Shown here: positions 18,457 through 26,299 of the stretch, one piece after another
Numbering within the stretch: the first letter of the stretch is position 1
How the letters are laid out: each line of letters opens with the position of its first letter
Source of the DNA: Candidatus Firestoneibacteriota bacterium
GTDB lineage: Bacteria > Oederibacteriota > D2-FULL-39-29 > JBBTED01
Direction: 5' to 3'
Assembly (NCBI GenBank): GCA_038042445.1
Contig: JBBTED010000070.1
Span: forward strand, 1 to 26,299
Length of the DNA stretch: 26,299 nucleotides
The notes under the pieces: model-generated
What the model was told of the DNA's origin: nothing
Seen by the model: only the letters and a program-made list of their open reading frames with translations
Databases searched by the model: none
Position numbers and translations under genes: made by a program

Positions 18457-19400
18457 ATAATAGCCTCCTTAAGCCAGTTTATCTCATTTTCTAAACCTTG
18501 ATCTAAAGAAAACTTTGGTAAATAATCTAAATGTCTCTTTGCCTTTGATATATCAGCCAATGTGTCTTTCACATCCCCCTTACAAAATTGTATATATTCA
18601 ATTTTTGCTTTTTTATTGCACATTTTTTCAATTTTTTTAATAAGATTTTTGACACTTATTCGGACACCACCACCAACATTAAATACTTCTCCATTCACTT
18701 TACTTCCACTTGCACTCACTGTTGCATTAACAACATCAGAAACATAGGTAAAATCCCTTGTTTGAGCACCATTACCATATATTTTAACAGTATCACCAGT
18801 CAAAATTGCCTTTGCAAATTTATATATTGCCATATCAGGTCTTTGCCTTGGACCATATACACTAAAATAACGCAAAGATATAACAGGCAAATTAAAATTT
18901 CTCCAATAAAGATAACATAAATGTTCCCCTGCAAGTTTTGTTACACCATAAGGTGAAACTGGTGCAAGAGTACTGTCTTCTTTTGCAGGTAATCTCTGGA
19001 CATCGCCATATACAGATGACGAAGAAGCATATACAAATTTTTTCAGTTTTTTACTTGATTTAAACTGTTCCAGTAAAATCTGAGTCACTAAAACATTGTT
19101 TTCAGTATAGGTTTTAAAATTTGCACCCCAACTTGCCATGACACCAGGTTGAGCAGCTAAATGAAACACATAATCAACACTTTTAATGTTAGCATTTAAT
19201 TTAAAAGTCAATAGATTAGCCTTTATAAACTTAAAATTACTGTGTTTCAATAATTTATTTAAATTTCTTTCTTTAATAAAACGCGAATAATAATCTGTAA
19301 AATTATCTATCCCTATAACATCATAACCACAAGATATTAACTTTTCCGCCAAATGAGAACCAATAAACCCAGCAACACCAGTAACTAAACATTTTTTCAT
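18453..19400 (-). CDS. NAD-dependent nucleotide-sugar epimerase (UDP-glucuronate/UDP-glucose 4-epimerase-like)
   Basis: TGVAGFIGSH, HLAAQPGV, ASSSSVYG, YGVTK (YxxxK), LRYFSVYGPRQRPDMA and TRDFTYV motifs. Confidence 0.88.
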   Translation of the reverse strand: MKKCLVTGVAGFIGSHLAEKLISCGYDVIGIDNFTDYYSRFIKERNLNKLLKHSNFKFIKANLLTFKLNANIKSVDYVFHLAAQPGVMASWGANFKTYTENNVLVTQILLEQFKSSKKLKKFVYASSSSVYGDVQRLPAKEDSTLAPVSPYGVTKLAGEHLCYLYWRNFNLPVISLRYFSVYGPRQRPDMAIYKFAKAILTGDTVKIYGNGAQTRDFTYVSDVVNATVSASGSKVNGEVFNVGGGVRISVKNLIKKIEKMCNKKAKIEYIQFCKGDVKDTLADISKAKRHLDYLPKFSLDQGLENEINWLKEAII

Positions 19401-19419
19401 ATTATGAAGTTTAAATGGT

Positions 19420-19449
19420 ATTATAACCTATACATTTTCTAGCAGTCAA
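19420..19449 (-). promoter_or_regulatory. Putative sigma70-type promoter for the epimerase-ugd-uxs-pyrE...priA run
   Basis: TTGACT (19449-19444), 18-nt spacer, TATAAT (19425-19420); 19 nt to the ATG with no SD. Confidence 0.6.
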
Positions 19450-19455
19450 TATAAA

Positions 19456-20505
19456 TCAACAAACAACAGTATCAATTCCATCTATAATAGCTGTAAGGTT
19501 TTGGTGCAATCTATCTTTTGGTATATCTTCAGTAATTCCAATAATAAATCCTTCTAAAGGTTTAGCATCTTCTATCAAATCAACAGTAATCTTTTGTATT
19601 TCTTTAGGAGGTTTTAATTGATACCCACTTTGCCAATTAATCCACAATACTTTGTCTGGCCAAATTCTACGTACATCTTTTACAGATGGACTCATAGACG
19701 GGTCATACGCTTCAATATAATCTAACTTTGTTTTAGCCACAGCAGACATAATAAGAGTATTATCTGCATCCAGATGTGTCCCAATTAATTTCCCTTTTTT
19801 ATGCAAAATTTCTGCAGCTTCATTATAATTTGGAACATAATATTTTTCAAAATTTTCTACTCCAATAATTTGTGGCACAACATTACCACCGTAATTGGCA
19901 AATTCAAGAGGTCCATTTGCAACAACAGGATATATTTTTCGTGCTAATTCAACAAATGCATCATAAAGTTTAAGTATTTCATCACGGTGCTCCATCCATT
20001 CAATACAAAAATCTTCCATCTTCATATAATTAGATGAAATAAGATTTTGCAATGGCTCAAGTGGAAAATTGTCACGAACTACAAAATCTTCTCCCAAATC
20101 AGTTACTACTCTTGCCACTTCATCATAATTTGGCTCAACAATTGTATCTTGAATTAAAAATAAAATAGCTTTGTAATCAGCTGGAGTTTTATACATCAAC
20201 TCATGCCTCCAAGTAGTATCATCAGTAGCTTCAGTCAATGTTGTCAAATCTCCAAAAGGCGTAGTATAAATTGTTTTTACCAACTGATGTCCCTGTAGAG
20301 TTGTAGAATGGGAAGACTTAACTTGCACATTTGGAGTATGTGTTTTATATGACTGGACTCTTTTTACAATACAAAGCCCACGATTTCTCAATTCTCTTTC
20401 AACAGTACATTGAGAAATCATTTTTTCATATACTGTAAATGGAACTTTATCAGTTTTTCCTTTATGTAAAGCTGTAAACACTCTCTGTCGCGGTGTCATT
20501 ATCAT
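19456..20505 (-). CDS. Uroporphyrinogen decarboxylase / MtaA-CmuA-like TIM-barrel protein
   Basis: MTPRQRV..AL....DKVP N-terminus, TPFGDLT, KTPADY, FEKYYVPNYNE...LH..GK....HLD and GFIIG.TED are typical of URO-D-like superfamily proteins. Lacks the HemE MRQAGR motif. Confidence 0.7.
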   Translation of the reverse strand: MIMTPRQRVFTALHKGKTDKVPFTVYEKMISQCTVERELRNRGLCIVKRVQSYKTHTPNVQVKSSHSTTLQGHQLVKTIYTTPFGDLTTLTEATDDTTWRHELMYKTPADYKAILFLIQDTIVEPNYDEVARVVTDLGEDFVVRDNFPLEPLQNLISSNYMKMEDFCIEWMEHRDEILKLYDAFVELARKIYPVVANGPLEFANYGGNVVPQIIGVENFEKYYVPNYNEAAEILHKKGKLIGTHLDADNTLIMSAVAKTKLDYIEAYDPSMSPSVKDVRRIWPDKVLWINWQSGYQLKPPKEIQKITVDLIEDAKPLEGFIIGITEDIPKDRLHQNLTAIIDGIDTVVC

Positions 20506-20511
20506 AATATG

Positions 20512-20540
20512 ATTGTATTACACCAAAATCAATTTGTCTA
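20512..20540 (-). promoter_or_regulatory. Putative promoter giving a leaderless mRNA for the URO-D-like gene
   Basis: TAGACA (20540-20535), 17-nt spacer, TACAAT (20517-20512), then only 6 nt to the ATG at 20505; no SD. Confidence 0.55.
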
Positions 20541-20652
20541 TATTTTAATAGGAATCTGGGTATAGCGAAATCAGAATGTAATCTTTAGTATTGTATATTA
20601 AATTAAATCCTAAAAAATTGTAACTGGGAGATACATATATCCTCTTATCCCT

Positions 20653-20688
20653 AAAAAATGTGCAGAAACCACATAGATGAGTCTCTAC
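20653..20688 (-). terminator. Putative intrinsic terminator / GTAG-tagged hairpin after the U32 gene
   Basis: Minus strand GTAGAGAC-N11-GTTTCTGC (8-bp stem with two G-U pairs) followed by ACA-TTTTTT, beginning 10 nt after the stop codon. Confidence 0.55.
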
Positions 20689-20697
20689 GGATTTGAA

Positions 20698-21738
20698 TCA
20701 GGATGCAATTTTTACAAGAACATGGTTTAAAACTTTGGTACAGTAACTGCATTTATGACAATTTTTATCACAAGTGCTTATTTTTTCAAACCAATCTTTT
20801 GGAAACTTTGAATTATCAATTATATGGGGTATTAATAATAGAGAATGACCTGGTTCAAACAAATCAATTAAATTACCATTAAATTTTTTTCCTGCATAAG
20901 CTTGAATAACTTTTCTAGGATTTGCATGCATTCTTGTTGCAAGCTTTACTGTAGAAAAATACGGTTCATAATTATATAAATCTTCAGGCCTAATCCATGA
21001 ATTTTGCAAAAATGTTGGCCAATTTTCCTTTCTTGAATAATAATTCCAGCACACACAGGGATTCCAACCTTCAATATTTTGAGTGCATCCTATTTCCGAT
21101 TCATGGGCTACAAGATTATCATGAAAAATTTGTCCAGAACAAAAATTCAAGCATCCGCTATTTGCCAAGAGATATAATTTTTTATTATGTTTATCTGCCA
21201 ATTCTTTCATTTCCACTATCCTTTGAAAATCCCGGTTATACTCCCGCTGTATATTAAAACTATCAAAAAGATTTGCAATATATTCCATAGCCTTTATTGT
21301 GCCGATTCTCATATTTATTGATGCACGAACATCAATATCCGGAAAATTATTTTTTACTGTGCGAGCTACCATAAGTGAAGTAGTTGTAACTATGTCTAAT
21401 CCAACCAAATCTTTTAAATGTGCAACAATGGAACATATCATATTTTCAAAATTTTTTGACAAACTATCTTTCCCATAGCAATTCGCATTTAAAAGCAAAT
21501 CTAATTTTATTCCCATTTTTTTGAATGCTATTAAATCTTTCTCTAATTTTTGTTGACCTTCCCAATCATAAACACCATCTCGCATTGTCATAGGAGAACG
21601 ACCAGAAGACATATTCAGCCAAGGGAAATAAACCTCCGCTATATTTTGCTGAAAATCCCTGACTATTTCAACAAAAGGTTCTTCATCTTCTTCCGGCAAT
21701 TGATAACCTACTGCAAATTTCATTTTTACATTTTCCAT
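20698..21738 (-). CDS. U32-family (peptidase U32-like) Cys-rich putative Fe-S protein
   Basis: LLNANC, VRASINMRI, REYNRD, LANSGCLNFC...HDN, WIRPEDL..Y, KLATR and terminal CDKNCHKCSYC. This layout is recognisable as a divergent U32-type TIM barrel. Confidence 0.7.
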   Translation of the reverse strand: MENVKMKFAVGYQLPEEDEEPFVEIVRDFQQNIAEVYFPWLNMSSGRSPMTMRDGVYDWEGQQKLEKDLIAFKKMGIKLDLLLNANCYGKDSLSKNFENMICSIVAHLKDLVGLDIVTTTSLMVARTVKNNFPDIDVRASINMRIGTIKAMEYIANLFDSFNIQREYNRDFQRIVEMKELADKHNKKLYLLANSGCLNFCSGQIFHDNLVAHESEIGCTQNIEGWNPCVCWNYYSRKENWPTFLQNSWIRPEDLYNYEPYFSTVKLATRMHANPRKVIQAYAGKKFNGNLIDLFEPGHSLLLIPHIIDNSKFPKDWFEKISTCDKNCHKCSYCTKVLNHVLVKIAS

Positions 21739-21761
21739 AGCTTTTTAGAATATCTGAATGA

Positions 21762-24700
21762 TTAATTATAATTTAAATAACGAAGATAAGGATGAATAGA
21801 ATCTATTTCTTCAGAAAATTTTACTTCTATTTTTTTGTCTCTCTCATTATCTTTTATCCATATTTCAAAATATCCAGTTTCTTTATCAAATTTCCAATCA
21901 TTTCTTTCTTTCATCTTATTTTCATTAATAACAACACTTATTGGTATTTTTTTAGAATACAATAGAATTTTAAAAATCTTTTTGCTGTTATTACTAAAAT
22001 TTAACGTTAATACATCAGATGCATACAGAGAATCTACTAATTTAGCTGGCATCCAATCAATCAAAAAAACTTCAGGATGTCTGCTGAATATCACATCTCC
22101 TACTGTTGCTGTTTGATTCATTCCTGGCCAATCTTTACTGGCAGGCTTAGTAAGATAAACTGGAGTATATTCATTTATATATTTAATTGAATCTTCTCTT
22201 CTTAGTTCACCAAATAATGTTAAAGTTCGAATTCCTTCATAAGTAAATGGCTTATTCAAAGTTTTACCTGAAGGAATAAATATATTTTTCATATATTCTT
22301 TTATTTTATCTCCAGCATATAATTTATAAAGTAGGATCAGTTCCCTATCTGTACTCTTAGAAGTGTTGAATAAAGCAATATCCTTATTAAAAAAAGGATC
22401 TTCACTTAAAATTTTTCCAGTATATTTTATTCCATCTTCTTCTGCATATCCTTTAATTAAAGCTATATCTTCTCCATATATATCATAATTTTTTTTGACA
22501 TAATCAATAAACCATAATCTTGTCAAAGTTGGTATGGCTCTGCGAATTGCTCTATAAAGAGCTTCTCTGTATTCTATTTCATCACCTATTGCTTTTGCCA
22601 ATTTGGCATACACCCTCATTCCTGAATATTCACAGTTTAACATATCCATATGGGCTCCCCTACCAAATTCACGACACCCTGTAGCTAAATATGCCCAATC
22701 ATCTGAAATAAACATCAATTTAGCTACTTCTTTTAAGTATGGCCAATTAGTTTTTACAAAATTCCATTCTCCATAGTAAAGAGCATAGTAATAAGCAATA
22801 AGTGGAATAAGCATAGAAGACTCATCAGCATCTCCATAAATAATAGATGAACCAATTCTTTCATTATAAAACGAATTATTTTGGTAAACTGAATTAAATG
22901 TAATTATGTATCTTAAAGAAGAAAATGGTTCTTCTCTGTAATGAACTACTGCCTGATGTTGATATAATTCTAAAGTTTTTTGAAGTCTATAACTAATACG
23001 CTCATAAAATTTTGCTTCTGATTGTTTATCCAAAAATTCTTTGCCAGTTAAAGCATTAGGTAACCCTGTTGTTACCCAAGAATACATATTACTAAAATTA
23101 TTTTCTTTATCATAAAAATTGGACTTATGAGTATATGCTGAATAGGGAACTTGTCCTCCAGCAGTCCATTTCACACCTTCCATAAAATGTTGATTAATCA
23201 ATGAAATCAATTTTTCTTCTCCTGCAATATTTGGATAAATTACATTTTCTGCTAATGGAATTTCCATTTCATAGGTAATTGTATTTTTATTTTTTAGCCC
23301 TAATAGAGGTCCATATTTTGTAGGCAAATCAAAATCTTCCCAATTTTCATCACTTGTAACCAAAATACCTATTTGCTTGGCATAACTAACTTGCGGTGAA
23401 GCAAAAACTGCTTTTAAAGGCGTGGTTTTCCATTCATCACTAATTTGATGGTAAGAAAATCTATTGACAATTTTAACTTTATTTCTATTTTCATCAATTG
23501 CATAAATTTCATCGCAATTTATTGGATAATTTATACTTAAACGAGATAAAACTCTGCATTTTTGAATAATTTCTTCTGGAAAATTTTTACTCCAATTAGC
23601 AGTTATTGCTCCATCTAAAGCTTTTATACCAAAAGGATAACTTACTACTAATTCACCTACACCACCAGCTCTGTGCAATGTAAGGGATTGAACAATTTCT
23701 CCTATTTTAGTAACTTCAATTCTTTGTGGATTTTTCTCCCAAACAATAAGAATAGGTTTTTCTTTCTCCCCTGCAACAGCATAAAAAAACAGCATCCAAT
23801 TTTCAGAAAGATTACCATCACGACTTTGGTCATATGCTATAGATTCTTCTTGCAAATTAATGGTTATTTCCTTTTTATCTTTATTCAAATAAGTAAGGAA
23901 TTTTACGCCACTAATACCAAATCTTATATTGTCATCATTAATTTTATAGAGAATGCCGGGAAAAAGTAGTGATTGAATCATAGAATAGCTATTATTACTG
24001 TTTTCATTTTTTATCAGGTATTCTTTTTTTACCCAGTTAATATCTTCTACAGTAACGGAAATGACATCACTTTGTTCTTTTGCCACTTGAATTTCAGGAA
24101 CTTCATATATTCCACCATCCCCCCTAAGATTTTCCACTTCAACAACAACAGTATTCATAGCACCATAATTTAATATTTCTGTTGGAATAAAATAGCAACG
24201 AGGAGCTTCCCAGTAATTTTTGGTTTCCTGAGTAGTTTTTCCTATTAATTTTCCATTAATATAAGTATTATCTAAATCATCTATTTTCTTTGCTACAAAA
24301 TTTATTTTTTTTCCTTTCCATTCTGAAGGTATAAATATTTCAGTTTTATACCAGACTATTCCTATATATGGATCAGTTTTCACCTGAAAAGGAGCAGTAA
24401 CTCTTATGTCTTCCCATTTCCTTGTATCATAGTTTAAAGAAAAATATCCTTTATCTTTCCCCTCAGTAGAAGGATCAGTTTTGAATTTCCAGATTTTTGG
24501 CAAAATAATTTTCTCAGTCTCATCCCTAAAAAATTTCATTGTATATTTTCCATGGATTCCATTTGTAACTTCTAAGTTTTGATTAGTAGTATGAACTAAA
24601 AATCCGTCCTCTATACACCATCCTAATCTACCAAAATTATCTTTGCTCGCTCCTAAATAATAATTCTCTCCTGTCAATTGTTTAAGTTCTATACGTAATT

Positions 24701-26192
24701 TAGATAAATTTTCTTTTATATCATTTTTTTTCTTTTCAACAGTTATATAAGAAGCAACAAAAAATTCTTTTGCTAATGATTTCCAATTTTCAAAAATAAT
24801 ATCTAATTTATTTGAAACAATCGCATAGTTACTCGCTTCTTTATTATCTTGAAAAACTGATATAACTTCCTTAAGCTCATCTATTTCTTTATGTAGAAAT
24901 AACATCTCTTGCAATTGAGGTAATTGTGAAATTACCTCTACACGCTCTGCCAAATAATAAATAGTTCGTAAATAAAGCTCATCATAGAACATTCTACTGT
25001 TTGTAATTGACTGCCCAAAACCAAAACCGAAATATATTATCTTTCCTTTTTCATAATTCCCTTCCACTATAGCAGGTGAATTGTCATCCCATACTGCTAA
25101 CACCTTCGTGCCAGCAAGTGGTTCTATTTTTAAATACCTACCTATTGTTATATCACTTAAAGATATTTTAGAAAAAATAGGATGGCTTTTTTCTTTAATT
25201 ATTAGTTTGTGACGTGTAACTTTTGTAGAATCAGCATCCTCCAAAATTTTAACTGGCAATATGGAAGAAATTGCATCGTCATTTTTTCCCACAATTAATA
25301 CATTTTTACCATCTGCAATTAATTCTTTGATTTTTCCCAAAGGGAAAGAAATAGGAAAAGTAGGTGAAGAAATAACTAAAACATCAACAAATTCACTTAA
25401 AAAATTAGTATTATTTATGTAATCAGATAAAGGTAAAGAAAGCAGATCTCCAAAACCAATAGCATTACTTCTTTTCTCTTCCACTACAAGTTTTGTTTTA
25501 TTGCCTTTATATAAAGTACGATAATCACCATTATTTAGTCCTTGATATATAAGTAGCGGCTTCAAATTAAAAGCTTTTTCCTTGTCTTTGGTTTTTACAT
25601 CTATTATGAAATTTTGTATCCCTTTTTTCGTTAAGTCTGTTTCTATTTTTCCGGGTTCTACAATTGTCAAATCAGAAAGCAACACTTCTACAATGTTTTC
25701 ATCAGACTCTAACGAAATCCCTAAATTAAGCTTGATTTGCCCAATTGTATGCTCATTATCACCAAGCCCAAAATCATTGTCAAAACTAAGAATACAGTGC
25801 CTCCATTTGTTACTGTTTGCCTCAAAACTACGTGTGGAAAACATCTCTATCCATTTGCCTTCTTTCCAAACATTTATACCAAATATTAAGGTTGCACTTT
25901 TATTCTCTGGCATACCTTTCATCCAAAATGAAATTTTATACTGTCCGTTAATCTGTAATGGAGAATCAAAATTAAGAAATACTTCTGCTTTTCCTCTTGT
26001 TGATTTAACTTTTAAAACTTTATTTCTCTTCTCTAAATCATAAACTTCACTTACCTCACAACTATTTTTATATGAACTCCATCCAAGATTAGTAAAATCA
26101 TCTGTAATTTTGATTTCATTTTTAGCTTCTCCATTCACAAAGCTACTTACTACCAGAAAAATCATAGTAAAAATAATTGTTATTTTTGACAT
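21762..26192 (-). CDS. Large secreted multidomain protein, putative carbohydrate-active enzyme
   Basis: SD AAGGAGG and signal peptide. CBM-like jelly roll (YKISFWMKG..KWRHCILSF). GATase-like/beta-galactosidase trimerisation-like domain (HPIF..VLAVWDDNSPAIVEGNYEKGKIIYF). GH2-N-like sugar-binding domain (WKFKTDP..W..I.V..YIGIVWYK..IDDLDNTYING..R.Y..GGI). Long helical, aromatic and acidic C-terminal region. Confidence 0.7.
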   Translation of the reverse strand: MSKITIIFTMIFLVVSSFVNGEAKNEIKITDDFTNLGWSSYKNSCEVSEVYDLEKRNKVLKVKSTRGKAEVFLNFDSPLQINGQYKISFWMKGMPENKSATLIFGINVWKEGKWIEMFSTRSFEANSNKWRHCILSFDNDFGLGDNEHTIGQIKLNLGISLESDENIVEVLLSDLTIVEPGKIETDLTKKGIQNFIIDVKTKDKEKAFNLKPLLIYQGLNNGDYRTLYKGNKTKLVVEEKRSNAIGFGDLLSLPLSDYINNTNFLSEFVDVLVISSPTFPISFPLGKIKELIADGKNVLIVGKNDDAISSILPVKILEDADSTKVTRHKLIIKEKSHPIFSKISLSDITIGRYLKIEPLAGTKVLAVWDDNSPAIVEGNYEKGKIIYFGFGFGQSITNSRMFYDELYLRTIYYLAERVEVISQLPQLQEMLFLHKEIDELKEVISVFQDNKEASNYAIVSNKLDIIFENWKSLAKEFFVASYITVEKKKNDIKENLSKLRIELKQLTGENYYLGASKDNFGRLGWCIEDGFLVHTTNQNLEVTNGIHGKYTMKFFRDETEKIILPKIWKFKTDPSTEGKDKGYFSLNYDTRKWEDIRVTAPFQVKTDPYIGIVWYKTEIFIPSEWKGKKINFVAKKIDDLDNTYINGKLIGKTTQETKNYWEAPRCYFIPTEILNYGAMNTVVVEVENLRGDGGIYEVPEIQVAKEQSDVISVTVEDINWVKKEYLIKNENSNNSYSMIQSLLFPGILYKINDDNIRFGISGVKFLTYLNKDKKEITINLQEESIAYDQSRDGNLSENWMLFFYAVAGEKEKPILIVWEKNPQRIEVTKIGEIVQSLTLHRAGGVGELVVSYPFGIKALDGAITANWSKNFPEEIIQKCRVLSRLSINYPINCDEIYAIDENRNKVKIVNRFSYHQISDEWKTTPLKAVFASPQVSYAKQIGILVTSDENWEDFDLPTKYGPLLGLKNKNTITYEMEIPLAENVIYPNIAGEEKLISLINQHFMEGVKWTAGGQVPYSAYTHKSNFYDKENNFSNMYSWVTTGLPNALTGKEFLDKQSEAKFYERISYRLQKTLELYQHQAVVHYREEPFSSLRYIITFNSVYQNNSFYNERIGSSIIYGDADESSMLIPLIAYYYALYYGEWNFVKTNWPYLKEVAKLMFISDDWAYLATGCREFGRGAHMDMLNCEYSGMRVYAKLAKAIGDEIEYREALYRAIRRAIPTLTRLWFIDYVKKNYDIYGEDIALIKGYAEEDGIKYTGKILSEDPFFNKDIALFNTSKSTDRELILLYKLYAGDKIKEYMKNIFIPSGKTLNKPFTYEGIRTLTLFGELRREDSIKYINEYTPVYLTKPASKDWPGMNQTATVGDVIFSRHPEVFLIDWMPAKLVDSLYASDVLTLNFSNNSKKIFKILLYSKKIPISVVINENKMKERNDWKFDKETGYFEIWIKDNERDKKIEVKFSEEIDSIHPYLRYLNYN

Positions 26193-26278
26193 TTATTCCT
26201 CCTTGTTTTCTAATTGGTACTGTGAAAAGTTTTTAACAATATTCCTTTATTTCTTTAATTACATCTATTTTAAAATTT

Positions 26279-26299
26279 GTAGTCGCTCATTTATGAGCA
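26279..26299 (+). repeat. GTAG-type REP-like hairpin (cut by the window end)
   Basis: GTAG-TC-GCTCAT-TT-ATGAGC: the same tetranucleotide + 2 nt + palindrome layout as the element at 5944. Confidence 0.5.

Noticed and set aside
19456..20505. Calling this gene hemE
   Set aside because: It lacks the HemE signature (MRQAGR) and there are no tetrapyrrole genes nearby.
20609..20659. Direct repeat CCTAAAAAAT at 20609 and 20650 as a CRISPR remnant or target-site duplication
   Set aside because: Only two short low-complexity copies in AT-rich DNA, with no cas or transposase gene in the window.
20698..21738. Calling this a radical SAM enzyme or a collagenase
   Set aside because: The Cx3Cx2C-like run is at the extreme C-terminus, not at the start of a barrel. 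The protease label for U32 proteins is poorly supported, and there is no signal peptide.
378..26043. The many plus-strand ORFs of 61-153 aa in the ORF track
   Set aside because: All lie antisense to well-supported minus-strand genes and show the Ser/Phe/Ile/Leu-rich composition of shadow frames, with no recognisable motifs.
21762..26192. Calling this beta-galactosidase (GH2/GH42) or sialate O-acetylesterase
   Set aside because: Only accessory-type domains resemble those enzymes; no GH2 NE motif region or SGNH GQSN motif was recognised.

Overview
AT-rich bacterial chromosomal window in which every credible gene lies on the minus strand. Reading in transcription order (right to left) there are four parts. 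(1) An accessory block: a 1476-aa secreted multidomain protein resembling a carbohydrate-active enzyme, a Cys-rich U32-family (putative Fe-S) protein, and a URO-D/MtaA-like TIM-barrel protein that appears to have a leaderless promoter. (2) A UDP-sugar trio (epimerase, ugd, uxs) running directly into pyrE-yicC-gmk-rpoZ-priA. (3) An orphan membrane-anchored helical protein with a perfect sigma70-type promoter. (4) A diderm envelope cluster, tamB-like-bamA-skp-lpxD-lpxC-fabZ, followed by alanine racemase (cut by the window edge) where lpxA usually sits. Several short intergenic spaces carry GC-rich palindromes, including GTAG-tagged REP-like elements. I saw no rRNA, tRNA, CRISPR array or transposase. 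The best candidate for an undescribed system is the glycan enzyme / U32 / URO-D-like block at 19456-26192; its function is inference only. Family calls come from recognised motifs, not database searches.
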